This document shows positions 24,101 through 39,112 of a stretch of 64,000 nt of DNA, in pieces; the stretch's first letter is position 1, and each line of letters begins with the position of its first letter. The notes under the pieces are model-generated. The model saw nothing but the letters and a program-made list of their open reading frames with translations, had not been told where the DNA came from and did not search any database. The stretch covers positions 30,439-94,438 of the forward strand of contig CAJFCJ010000057.1 of assembly GCA_904063045.1 (NCBI GenBank), written 5' to 3'. Source of the stretch: Dimorphilus gyrociliatus (Eukaryota > Animalia > Annelida). The translations under genes and the position numbers were made by a program.

Positions 24101-26290
24101 TCCTGAGAGCAGTGAAGAATTAGACATGCATCTACAAAGTGCTGTTACAGAGTTAAAGAAGATACAACCAGGCCCATTAACAAATGTAGTAATGTTATAT
24201 TGTTTATCTGACGATCCTCCCAGTGAATTAGACAATAACAGCTATGTTTCTGCAACAAAAATAAAAAACGAATTAGAAAAATCAAACTTTTCAATGTAAG
24301 GTTTTTCTTTCTATTTATAAAAGTTTAATTTTTAAATTCTTTTTTAGAAAAATGTATAATGATTCTTGTGAAAGTTATTTTGAAGAGGCAATAGCTTCAT
24401 TAAAATCTACACAAGTGGTACTCACACTAATGACAGATGATTTTGTTAAGAATACTACTTGTAGAAATTTATTCATTTACGTGAAAAAGAATTTAGTAAA
24501 GCAAAATCAATTAATTTTAATTAAGAAGAGTGATAAATGGAAAAAGCATACAGATGTTGGAATGTTATGCTCGGATGATGTAAGTAAACAATTTTTTTGG
24601 TCCAAAAGAGGTTTAAAGATGGTTGACAATCTTTTTCTTAAAGATCTTTTTTGATATTTTTGATTAATGATTTCAGTTAAAAGTTAGTATATCTTATAAA
24701 GTGATTTTTTAAAACCTAAAATATCATTCGATTGGGAAGGTCAACTGTCATTTTAACCTATTTAGAAAATGACTATTATTTCAAAACTTCCTACCTATTT
24801 AGTTATACATCAACATGCAAAACATTGAGAACTTCAACTCAAAAATGAATGATTTGAAAAATTCATTAAATATCAATTCGAAATCATCTACTGAATGGCA
24901 GCCATGTTTTATAAGTTATTGTTGGAGTAATTCTCAAATGGCTATAAATAGAGGGACAAAATTAAATGAAAAGGCACTTGGTAAAACAGATCCAAGACTA
25001 TTGAAAGAAAAGCTTGAAGAAGCTGGAATTAAATGTTGGATGGATATTGAACAAGTAAATAGAGGTGGTTTATTTCAAGATATTGCTGAAGGTTTAAAAA
25101 AAGCTAAAATTGTTGTGGCCTGTGTATCAGATGAATATGTTTCATCTAAAAATTGCCAGATGGAATTCCGCTTTGCAGCTATTACATTGAGATTACCAAT
25201 TATTCTTGCTATTGTTGGAACTGGTAAGAATTGGATCAAATCTGAAATTGGAATGATATCTCTACAATATCCAAGAGTTGACCTTCAAGAGAGAGATACT
25301 AATGTTGTAGAAATTGTTGACTTTGTCAAAGAAAGGCTTTCTACAGAAAAATTAGACGAAACTATAAAAAGTAACAAGGATACAAATCATGAAGAATTTG
25401 CTGAACTTTTAGAATTAGCAGAACGGAAGCTACTAAGACAATTAACTATTTTACAAAACTTATCCAGAGGATCAAATTTTCCACATATTCCAATATTAGA
25501 TTTCTCTCCAAATTCAGATGAAAATTCCATAATGGAATATTATTTTCTCTTCCTTTGTGAACACGATCAGGTAAGGGTCAGTAAATATTAATTTCAAATA
25601 TATTATTAAGATTATGCTCAGGGTTGGCATCTGCCCGATAATCACCAAGTTATTAAATGGAATGTTCCATTTAAAAGCGAAGAAGCTGAAAAGCATTTAA
25701 GAGAATGGTCTGCTTATTTGGTTAGAATTTATGCCATTCTCCAGTACAGTCACATTCAACTACATGTACTGAGGAGTAAAGAAGGACAAAGTTTTCTTGA
25801 GCAGTTGCAAACGACCCTTTCAAAGAAAAGCTTCAGAGATAGCTATGTATCTCTGTTGGAATCAATAGCAAATAAAATGGATCATCAATATAACACTAGT
25901 CTGCCAACTAGTTTAGCCAAGTGTCAGATATACAATGGAAAAATTCTATGGTTGTGCAACTATCACCAAAAACAACCAAGAGTAACAATCCTTCAGTCAG
26001 ATGAAACAAATTTTACTAAGGATTCTAAGACAAATAAGGAAGAAGTACTACTTGAAAAAATTAAAGGACAGAATGAGCATGGAATTGTAAAGGAAGAAAC
26101 TTCTCAATATTTAGAAAATAAAGTTTTAAATAAAGAGGAAAAGAAAGAAGAAAAATTGATTAAAGATGATACAGACAATTCAAATAAAACGGCAGCAAAA
26201 AGTCAAGAAGAAAAGGAAAAAAAGAAAGTTATCAATGACCTAATTAGTAATGGAGGTAGAGCTAAGAGTATAGCTTGTGTAATCTGTTAA
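15107..26290 (+). CDS. Large multi-exon Roco-family protein: CH-like N-terminus, degenerate Roc-COR, LRRs, Roc GTPase, COR, two TIR domains, C-terminal CVIC
   Basis: P-loop GLGGAGKTS, WDFAGQ, VGTHID; COR INPQWIVD and YLPFGLF; TIR CFISYCWS..CWMDI..NCQMEF. The 21193-26290 part is secure. Continuity of the short exons from 15107 was traced by eye with a few unresolved junctions. Confidence 0.75.
15364..15528. mobile_element. MITE in an intron of the Roco gene
   Basis: gggccaacagaaaacgtcgccaa versus the reverse complement of ttggagacgttttctgtcgcatcc; related words at 52780 and 53190-53270. Confidence 0.7.
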
Positions 26291-27149
26291 AACATAGCAA
26301 ACTATATCAGATGTATACCATTTAATACATATGTTATTATTATAGAAAATGTAATTAAAAGTGAATGAAAAAAAGAGCCAAATACAATAAATATATTTAA
26401 AAGGGAGTCAATATAAGTGAAAATAAGGAAGTAGTGTGTTCCTCGTACTTAAATTCAAATCACGTGACATACAATCAAAATGTTTATATTTTGCAATTAA
26501 GATGGCAGGAGACTGTTTAAAAAATTTCCAGCTTTCCATATGATTTCTGGTTGTTTGATGCCTTCAATATCAAATAACAAATTTTCTCTTGGGAGGTTTA
26601 GGCCTATCCTCTCTTTCCCATTACCTTGATCCTAAATTGGAGGAAACAATTCATGTAATTCTTAAATAAACTGAAAAATACAGACGTAATAAAGAAAGGA
26701 ATGTGTGCTTATATCTATTAATGATAAATTCAAATCTTGCATAATATCAAGACCTCTAAAAATGGTTAAGCTTGTCCTAAACAACTCAAGATTGTTTTCT
26801 GGACAGAATTTTTTAGCTTTTATATAATTTTGAAAATAGATAACAAAAATATCAAACATTAAACCAAATTCATAACATTTTTTATAAAGTTGAACAACTG
26901 AAATTGAAGAAAGTGTGGAATAAAAATTGTAATAACAGGTTAAAAAAGATGGACAAAATGGGACATGAACTTTAACCTTTCATGTACATTTTCCATAAAT
27001 AGAGACATTATCAAATAATACATACTTTTAAATTTATAATTTTTCATTACATCATCTTTAATTGCTTTACTGAAAGGAAGAATGAGGTAAATTTTAAATT
27101 AAAAAAAAAATTGGAAGAAGAGATTCTCTTCTGACATGGCACTTAATAT

Positions 27150-30100
27150 TTACTTGTATTTTGTCTTATTTGTTATCCATATGTAATTAATGTTAATTTG
27201 AGAATAAACAAAAGGATTTACAACAGAGTTTATTGACAAAGATAAAATGAATGCCCAAATGTAGGTGCTGTGTGTTAAAATACTCTTTTCAAAACATGCC
27301 ATAAAACCTAGAAGTAATTTTTTTAAATCCTTAAAAATCATGAAAAAACAAATTTCATTTTTTAATAAACTAACTGAAATAGGATAATGGCATCCATGTG
27401 AAAATATTTGACAAGACAATAATTGTTCCCATCTTGAAAACTCTTCGGAATCTTTTACTCTTTTCAATTGGTGACAGTATAAAGCTCTGCTTCATAATGA
27501 AATAAAGAATTCGACAGTATAAAATTAATATTGTTACGCAATTTATCGAAGTGAAAATCGTAAAAACGAAAACTGAATATAGCCATCCTTCCGGTTTTTC
27601 ATTTGTTAAATGCAATGAAAAGCATACTTGATATCTTGAATAGTAGGCCTGAAAAGGGAAGAGAGATCGATTAAACAGCAAGTTAACTAGCATTCATTTA
27701 TATAAAAAAAACAATGCATTTTCAAAATACATACATTAAACAGCCAATATGGCAAAAACGATATAAATAAAGATGATAATGTAAAGATAGATATGATTAT
27801 TAATGATTTTGAAAGTGTTGTATCAACAAATTTTAAGCCATTTTTAACCATAGAAAACTTTTGGCATGTTATTAATAAAATACTAAATTGTGATAGAATT
27901 GATGAGAAACTAGCCAATAGTCCAGCAGTTGTGCATAATCTACCAGTTTGCCAATTCTCTGCCTCTTCAATGTATCTACTAGAAACCAGTCTATCTTGAA
28001 CTCCTATTATCAGAAAATAGATACTAAACAGCAACTCCGAGAAGTAGAGTAGTATTTGATATCTATGAATGCTTTTCTTTATCTTATTCAGTGATGTTGC
28101 CAAGCAAAAACTATTCAAAATGAAACTGATTAATGAAAAACTGTTGGCAAAAACTGAAAAAATTGCAACACTTTGAAATATGTTAAAGGTTATAATTTTT
28201 TTAACCAAACTTTTGACCTACTTTTCAAAAAATTTGAATTAATCATCTCTCCGCATGAATGCGTATCCATTATCTTTGGTATGCATTCTTCTATATGGAA
28301 ATTCTTAATAAAACAACAATACTTGTACTTGTCACTTATTAGTCTTTTTATTGATTTTAAATTTTTAAACACTTTTTCAACAGGTTCCCTAAATTTGAAT
28401 TTTACATTTTTCATATGCATTTCTTGTAAATTCTTCAAATTATCAAAACATTGCTCGCATATTTCAAATATATTTGAATTTGAAATATTTAAATACTTCA
28501 ATTTGATTGAATTTTTAAACAAATCAGAAGAGATTTTTTGAAAATGATAAAATTTTAATGTCAATCTTAAAAGTGATTTTTTAAAGACATTAATACCAAT
28601 TTCTGTTAATCTACTCTCAATTAGAACAATATTTTGAATTAAATTTAAAAATTTAAAAGTATCCGAATGTATAAAGGAAATAGAATTTTTTGTAAAATTT
28701 AAAGCAACAATGTTATAAAAATTTCTGACAAACTTGATATTTTTTAAATTTCCATTAAAAACAACTAATTTTATTAATTCAAAATTATTGATATTTGTTA
28801 ATAAATTAACAGTTGGAAATGCTTGAAAATTTGAAAATTCAATTATTTTCCATGTATTTGTTAGATTGCTTGAAATATTCATTGCTTTCCAACAAGAGAT
28901 TTTTATAAATTGATTGCACAAACAATTCATTGGGCAATCAACGTTATCAAGATTTTTATCTTCATTATCATGAAGTGGACAAGTTTTTTCGTTGTTTGTC
29001 AGAAATACATTATGGAATCTACATTTGAATAAATCTTTTGCAATTATAATTTCTATTTTTAAAAATTCAAAAGATATCTTTATTAAATAAAATTTCAAAA
29101 GAAAAGTATTTTTTATAAACTTTTATCACAATTCTCTTCATCTTCGCCAAAAATACATTGCGCAATACCATCACATACTAATTCTTTTAAAATACAATAT
29201 CCTAGTTCGCTTAAATGCTGTGGAGTATAGAAATGTATTGAATTCTATTCAAAGACTTATCATTTACATTTGTTCTACAAAGGAAGTCTTTGATTGAGTT
29301 ACATTCTTGTTGGCATAAAGAAATCATATGCCCGTAAAGTGAATTACCTTCTTTCAGATTGAAGAATGTATAGGAAATAGAACATACTGGTAGAAAGGAA
29401 AATGAATTTATAGGCTTAATTCACAATAGAATACTCTATTCATTTACAATTATTTTCCTCAATTGATGAGATCATTGAATCTGTACAATGTTTAAAATTA
29501 AGTAATGATGATAATATAGATTATAAATAATGATAAAATTGGATATTTAAAACTTGTTACAGCTTTCTCTGTTAAACAAAATTCTAAAATTGTTTTGGTA
29601 TGAAAACATTTCAATTTTTAAAATTTTTCAAATAATTTCAATTCGCAACAAATGATATTATCATCAATAAAAATTTTCATTAAATCTAACATTTCATTAT
29701 CTATCAGAAATCCTTTCCAATTTGCATTTGCAATAAACGCTTGGCGAAAGTCTATATCTTTTAATAGGCCTAGATAGATAGATATTTCAAATGATCAATT
29801 TCTCTAATCCTATTAAAACTTATAGTTAACAATATCAAATTATTCATATTTCGAAATTGGTTGAAATTGATATAAGATAAGGAATTCTCCGATAAATGAA
29901 GATATCTTAAATCTTTTAGATACTTTAAAGAATTTTCTTTGATTTCTCTTAGAAAATTTCTTCTTAAATCTAAACTTTGTAAATTAATTGGAAATAAGAA
30001 ATCTAATGAAAATCTCTTATCAAATTTGTCATATTCAAAATTGTTATCATTCATTTTCAATTCAATTAGATTAACAAACAATTCTAGATATACATTTTGA

Positions 30101-33100
30101 AATTTACTATCAATTTTTCCACTTTGAACAATTAGACTGGTTACAGAATAGAATTTCTGTTCACATTTTGAAATTGTCAACTCAGTTAAGTGTAATAAAA
30201 ACACGGATTTAAAAACTTTTAGTTTCATTAACTCATCGGATGAAAAAGTAGATTTTTGACAATGAATTTTGTGGGAGAAGAGACAATTACAGTTTTGTAT
30301 ACAGCTGGTATTTTCACAATATAATTCATCTATTCCGTTTCGACAATCATAAATACCATTGCAAACTTTCAGCAGGCTGATAAATGATATCCTTGATTTG
30401 CAAGAAAAGAATCCTTTAGGTTTAAATTTATCTGTTGGTGAATTCAAATAGGAGTTATTTTTAGTATAAGTAATTCATATTTTCTTCATATAGGACTTTT
30501 CACAGGTCATAAGGAGGAAGGGAAAAGAAAGGAAAGTAATAGGAAACGGTGTTAATATATTTAAATTTAACAAATAATCATTCCCTTCCGTCCCTATGTC
30601 TGTTTCTTACAGCAATTCACTTCATCATCGCCCAATGGACAATGTTTTACTTCATCGCAAATCAGCTTGATATCAACGCAATATTGATATCTTTTACAAC
30701 TGTATTGTCCCAATGTACACTTCTTTCTAATGTTACAATTGATATATTCTTCGCCACTCTTTAAAGGATAAAATACCAATGTTTCAACACTGTCATATTT
30801 TATCTCACATGTTTCGCTGTAAAATTGTTTGTCTAAATATGATTTATAGACAGGAAAGGATTAAACCTATATTTCTGGCTAAAATCTCCAATGTTCATAT
30901 CAATCTGAAAAAGCTTATAATCGCTAAAAGTTTCATTTCTGCAAACTTCTCTACTCTCATCACTGAAATCGATGCAATTTCTCTCACTATTGCAATATTT
31001 ATCTGCCATGATGCATTGATGATTTTTGCATTGTCTACAAGCAATATATTATATTCGCTGCTCAATTTCCAATGTTTAAACTCTTTAATTTCCAAGTCAA
31101 CTTTTACCTTTGACCTTTACTTTCAATACAATTTTCAAAGTCTACAAAAATAATTTGGATTACAATTTATTTGGTCTCGAAATAATTTATTCGAAAAGTA
31201 GAGGATGTTGATAAATTACAGCAAAATTGTTCATCGGAGTAATCATTGCAGTCATTCACAAAATCACAAACAAATGTGGAAGAGATGATTAGGGAATTCT
31301 TACAGGTGAAATAATTGATATTCGAACAATTCGTTTCATCTGAATTATCTTCGCAATCATCAATTCCGTTACACAAATATCTGCTATTGATACAGATTGA
31401 TAGAAATCTACAAAAGAAACCATTCCGACTGTTATATTCCATTTCAATATCTAAATTGGCATTGGGTTCAATTATTCGAAAACTGTCTCCTAAGAAGAGA
31501 TTTTAAAGTAAAAAATGTAGTTTATAGAATGTTTTTCTTCTATTGTTAAACACGAACTGGCATGTAAAACTTTTTCACAGATAATACCGCTCTTACCCAA
31601 AAGATGTGTGCAAATGTTGAACTTATAATAAAGCTCTGAGTTATCATTCCTTGTAACCTCCATACAAATGTATCCGTCATTCGTTGAATAAAAAAATTTC
31701 CTTTTTCATATGAAGCATATAAAGTTTCTTATTTAATTAAAAGTCATATCAATTAGCTTACATATTTTGAAAATTCATAAGTACAATAAGAAAATTATTG
31801 ACTGATAAAATTTGGAATTTTTGGGCTATATTCTTTTCCAGTTTATAAACTATACAACAAAAAAATCAATATATAAATATTTTCGTTTTTTAGTCATTAA
31901 AATGTAATTTTGCAAAAAGATGCCTGAATTGTGAATCTGTTCATTTTTAAAATAGAATATAGGATCGAAATTGAAGACAATATTGATATCATTAATGGTT
32001 TTAAGAGCAAAAATTTCCAAATTTCTTTGCCGACAAAATTCTATTGTTTTATTCAAGTTGTATAAAAATTGAAATGAAAAGGAATAATAGCAAATTGAAT
32101 TGAATGATATTTCTTTTGCTGAATCTTGAACTTGAGGGCAATCTGTTTGAGGGAAAGAGTATGATTGGAATCGGTAGGGAAGTGAGAAAATATTATCTAC
32201 CTAACGTCTCTTCACTCAGACATATTAAATTAACACTTATGACGTAAGGACTAAATAAGTTAAAATCACTCGTCTTTTTTGGAGAACAATCTGCGAGCGT
32301 TTTTATTCCAGCACCAAGACAATTAACTAATAATAGAACTTTCCTAATTTTTTCAACTTTTTCAAATTCATTCAAAATCTCTCCGTTTCCGTAACCGAAT
32401 TGTTTACAAAAAAGCTAATGTTTTTCTTTGCATTAGAACAACAAAAAATCCCATTAATTAATTAGTTTAATTACATTGGCATTCAATTTTGAAAACTTTT
32501 CACTAGAAACTAACCACCATTGATTTTGTTGAAAAATTTCCAAAACGCCACAAATAGTATCAAAATCATTAGAATTTTCAGATGTTTTATCAGAATTTCG
32601 TATTCTAAATTGAAAAGCTAAAAAGTGTTTTTAAAGAGACAAACAATTTGAAAAGATTGATTCAAAATTATTAAATACAATTTGTTTTGAATTCTTTATA
32701 TAATTCACCAAATTTATCAGCGAAATTCACTTTTATTAACCGTTTTTTATCAATATTCACAATTTCATCTCTACATTTAATGAAATAAATCAACGATCTC
32801 TTATCATGTCTTTTATAGCATTTTCTTTTATCTATCCTTTCCGGATATCTTTCAATTTGAAAGAGTTTACTATTCTCATAAAAACTATAATCGTATTCGT
32901 TATCTGGAATTTTATTGAATCGTTCACAAGTTGAAATGTAGAAGGAATTAAAACTTCGTCCTAGATTTTATTGAATATTTGAATAAGAAAGAAAAGTACT
33001 GTCTTTCAATTCTTTCTTTTTATAAGGTAAAAACATATTTCCAAATTTAAAACAAAGAATTTCCTTATCATTGAATTTTTCCAGAGAATTAAAGAAAAAA

Positions 33101-34004
33101 TATGATAATGGTAATAATCTCTTTTCATTAATTTCAATTATGCTATAACAATCAATTAGACAATTCATCCACAACTCTTTTCTTCTTATCTCAATATCTA
33201 TATCTTTTGATAGGAATGCAATATAGTCTTTATTGCTAGGTAGAGGGTTTTCGTAATGTTTCTTATTTAAAGAATAGACATTTCGACATAGAAATATCAT
33301 TTTCTCATTGTAATTTTTGCTTTTATTTACGCAAACTCTGTAAGATTTTTGAAAAATTCTTGCATAAACTTCACGCTTTTCTATAGTCTGAGAGTAGAAA
33401 TCTAAATGAGATAACCTTCCATTATTTTCTTAATTTAACATTAATTTATTATCTATTTTTTCATGTTTTTTTTTTTACATGTTTGATTTATTTTCATGCA
33501 TAAGACGGTCATTGGTGAATCTCCATCTATTGAATAAACGTATTGACAATCATCCTTTTTACATTTAAATGACAAATGACAATTGGTATTAATGGACATT
33601 TTGGCTTAAATTGATCAATTTTTATTTCTTTGTTATAGTTTTCCACGAATATGTTGACACTACTCACGTAGTAGAAAAACGCTAAACAACGAATCGTAAC
33701 CCATTCGATTGCATAAGTGTTTACCGTGAAAATATGTTTGTATTTTGCTTTGTGTATCGAAACAAATGTTCTTTTCCAATATTTGAATAAATCCATAACA
33801 AAATTCACGATTGCATTTATGCTTTTCAGGGTGGAAATTCATTATCCAACTTTTCTGAGGATTTAATATTATCCTTCCTTTCTCTGTATATTTATTGAAT
33901 ATTTTCTTTCTCTTTGAACATCCTCTCCTTCTATAAAAGGCTGTAGCACTTTCATTTAATATTAGTAGAAGAAAAATTCCAAAAAAACACTTATGATGGA
34001 TCAT
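27150..34004 (-). CDS. GRL101-like LGR GPCR: signal peptide, SRCR-like domains, LDLa repeats, two LRR blocks, 7TM; contains frameshifts, so possibly a pseudogene
   Basis: Signal MIHHKCFFGIFLLL; SRCR-like LCNRMGY and FCKQFGYG..VNCLG..TLADC; LDLa CNGIDDCEDNSDE and CDEVKHCPLGDDE; LRRs; CCF hinge; TMs with AEEWQ-like AENWQTG.LC, SNIFTWMP, LSINSVVNPFVY. Confidence 0.75.
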
Positions 34005-34147
34005 TTTAACGATATCTAAAAATTTAATGAAGAATTTATGTTTTCTTTTTTATGTTTTTTAATTTTAAATATTTAATTAAATTCCATCGTTCTATTCAAT
34101 TCCATTGTTCAAAAACTACATAATTAGATTTTGTATAGAATAACTCC

Positions 34148-34171
34148 TCTCTCTCTCTCTCTCTCTCTTTC
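34148..34171 (+). repeat. (TC)n microsatellite
   Basis: Direct reading. Confidence 0.9.
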
Positions 34172-35240
34172 TATTATTAAAGATAATTCAATTAGGCCTA
34201 GATTCATTATTCCTTTTTTTTCCCAAGAAAATCAATACCTTTTAATTATGTTAAAAAATTTAAACAAGATTTATGAACACCGTAACACAATCGCAACATA
34301 TAAAGATAATTTTACTGCTTATATTTGTCTTTTAAATCGCCCGCAAAATTATGTAACTAATTCGACGAAATGCATTGAGAAACACTAAATTTATAGACAA
34401 ATCAAAGTTAGTTAATTAGAGTAAAATATAGGTTATCAGCTATTATTTAAAGCAATCGATTAACCCATTCTACTACACAGTTGGTCAAGTTAATGTTGAA
34501 TAGTCATGCCAAAAGGTTCAGTGCTTCTGCCTGACAGAATTGTTCTTTCAGTTGGTTTCTTATAAAAGATGGGTGTCTTTAAAAAAAAAAATCAAGTTCA
34601 ATACTCAAAAATGAATCATTCACCTTTATTGATTGAAAATTTTGGCCATTATTATTTTATAGGCGTGGTATTGATTCTTCTCAATGCTTTAGAAATTTAT
34701 CGATGACTCATTAATGTAGGAAAAAGTTATATACTTTTTACCATATTTTAGGGTGACTTCAATATTTCGTTTTACTAATGATGAACCCATCTTTATTCCC
34801 CGAAAGTTTTTACAAAGTAATCTAAAAGTTTCAAAATTTTAACCGAATATTGAAAATCGACACATTTCGTGAAAATCTGTTACATTGAAAATCAAATAGC
34901 TTAGTATTAATTCTTTTTCGATGAACAAACAAGTCAATCGTCGCCTTTCAAAAGATTTTGTCTGTTGGACAGCTGACAGATGGTAGACTTTTTATCTGTT
35001 TTAAAGAAATTATAGAATATTTTTAGAGAATATTTAGTTAAAGTATGCCAAGGTCTGAACTTTCGGATAGGCTTACATACGAGCAATACCGAATGACGTC
35101 ACATTACTTTAATGGTAAGTAGCCATAAACTTGTAGTCAATACTAATTCTACGTAATATGGCCTAAACATGCGTTTCATGCGACAGACTGCTTATATTTG
35201 AAGCAGCCATAAATCTTGCCGCATTTCTGCTTTGTACTGA

Positions 35241-36574
<1,334 letters not shown>

Positions 36575-37120
36575 AGCCTAGTTCAACTTTACTATTTCTT
36601 CTAAACAATCTTTATACAATTTACAAAATTCTTCTATAAATTATTTCCACTTGGAACAGAATATACATACGATTGTCTATGTATATTGCTTATCCTCAAC
36701 ATTTAGGCGTCTACTCTAGGCTTTAGTTTTTTGTCAATAGTGTGTACTCTTCAGTTTGTACTCTTTCAGATTAAAATTTATCGATTCAATACAAATTGTT
36801 TTTATGAAATTCTGGGGTTTATAAGCAAAAGCAATTCTTTCGAAAAGGAAGTAGCGGAATGAGATAAATTTCTCAGCAAACCACTATTTCCCCTGGAAAA
36901 CACGGCCCGGTAGGTTTAACTTAAGAGTAAGAGTTTTTGGAAAATTTTCATTTTAATCTTTTTCATTTGGTGTAGGGCTGAACAGAGGGTTAGCAAGAAA
37001 GAAGCAGGATAACTGAAGGGTTTGGGTTAGGGTTAAACAGCAAGAACTGGACCATTTTCTCCTAGACTCTGTAAATGATACCAAAGCAAACACAAAATTA
37101 CTGTTCAAATGTCGCCATCT

Positions 37121-37665
37121 GTACACTTACATATAATGATATATCAATATTTAGACTTTATATATATAGGTACATTAGAAAGACTTCTATTTCGTAGGAA
37201 TTACAATGACGGAACTTTAGAAAGACTTTTATTTCGTAGAGTTAGCTTTTAGCACTTTAGAAAGAACTCTATTTCGTAGGAAAAAGACTCTTTGACCATA
37301 ACAGATAGTGACTATTGGGGAATTTGTTAATTCAAATTCAGGAACAGAGAACATAGAAAAGATACATGTCANNNNNNNNNNAACAGGCCTGTCTCATCAG
37401 CATCTGGTGTTTGACCTGCATCTTTTCCATGTTCTTTGTTCCTTTGTTAATTCCCCAAGTAGCCACCATCTGTTACAGTCAAAGAGTCTATTTCTTACAA
37501 AATAGAGTTCTTTCTAAAGTACTAAAAGCTAACTCTACGAAATAAAAGTCTTTCTAAAGTTCCACCACTATAATTCCTACGAAATATAAGTATTTCTATA
37601 GTTGCACCAGTCTAATTCCTATAAAATAGAAGTCTTTTCTAATGTACCCTTATATCTAAGTGCAC
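37121..37665. mobile_element. Foldback element with ~250-bp inverted arms built of tandem sub-repeats, spanning the assembly gap
   Basis: Left ctttagaaagacttttatttcgtagagttagcttttagc is mirrored by right gctaactctacgaaataaaagtctttctaaag; Ns at 37352-37361. Confidence 0.85.
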
Positions 37666-37929
37666 AATTACAATTACCACCATTACCATTTTCAACACTG
37701 ACAATTGGAAACTTGGTTATGTTACATATTTTAAGCTAAAAATTCTAGAGAGTAGCTATTGATCAATTATTTAAAAAAGTATAATATAAAAAATTGTCTT
37801 TGTTGTAAAATATAAAAATCATTTATATTTGGCAAAGAATAATTAACTGAAAATATGTTCAAATATTATGAATTGTTCATAAATCTCAAAATGAATTGTC
37901 TGCCCCACCAATTAACGGAATACTTTGTA

Positions 37930-38330
37930 CTTTGTTGTATTGTAATTGTAGGGATTTCTGGCTCTTCACAACAGTAATTGCTCTTTCCAATCATTTACTA
38001 ATTTGCCAAAGTGCTCAAACAAATAGAACCTTTCAAGTTTGTCCACAAAATACTAACCTATTAGAATAAATTTAATTTTAAATTAATACCAATTTATAAA
38101 AAAATAGTCGAGAGTTTTGCCACTAGAATATGTATTCAGTAATTGAGTTTCCAATCTAATAGTATAGTTTAGTATACTTTTAAAGATTAGAGACTGACAA
38201 GCTTTGGATATGCAATTCCTTATATACATTTACCAAAGCTTGGGTTCAAATGGTCAAAGGAATACAAGGGTGAAATGATGCCTCAGCTCCCCTAGAGCTG
38301 CTTGCTTGTGAAAGTCAAAGTAAGAATTGA
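37930..38330 (+). mobile_element. Gypsy relic (integrase C-terminal region and downstream), inverted relative to 41940-42280
   Basis: tactttgttgtattgtaattgtagg, caaatagaacctttcaa and catttaccaaagcttgg match the reverse complement of 41950-42280. Confidence 0.6.
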
Positions 38331-39112
38331 ATAACACCTTGGAATTGTTTGATTCCCTTTTTTTATCTAGTAATTTTTAAATCTTTAATATGGTGTCATT
38401 TAATTGAGAAACTCCCAAAGCACTGTTTATTTGATTTCATTTCAAGCTAAAATTCTAGTTCATACTGTCACCAATTCATTTTGCACAAATAATTTCCAGA
38501 ATGTTATTTACTCAAAAAGTATTTTAATGAAACAATAATGTAATTGGTAGTAGTTACATAAAGGAGCCAACTCTTGTACTCCTAACACCAAGTGAAAAAA
38601 TATGGTGTATTTTTAGTGTCATATCAGCTAATCCTGATTTAATACAGACCTCTTTTGCTGATTTTTAGAGAAATAGTTAGATCTGTTTGGGATTGTTAGG
38701 GTTGGACAACTTAGTCATCATGGATTTGATTAATATAAGAAACTTGAGGAAAACAATAACAGGTTATTTGTAAATTGTTCACTATTTGATATAGTAAATT
38801 AGGAACTTTTCAAAATGGTAAACAACATTTTATAAATTAATTGGCAATTAAGAAATAATTAGACAAACAATTAATTAATTAATTAACAACTTGTTAGTTT
38901 ACAATGAGGCCATGGACTAATGTCTTTGTTTTGTATGTTTAGCATTATCTTTGAAAATGCAGCTAACAATTATGGAATGTTTATAAATGCAAATCTACCT
39001 GCAAAGTACACAAATAAGTTCTGATTAATTAAGTTTTCTCTAGAACAAATAGTATCAATTTTCTTTCCTCTTTTCTTTTATTAAAGTCAATTAACACTCT
39101 GTTCAAGGTTAT

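Noticed and set aside
35094-35101. CRE site TGACGTCA about 190 bp upstream of the GMDS ATG
   Set aside because: A single 8-mer; plausible but not supportable from sequence alone.
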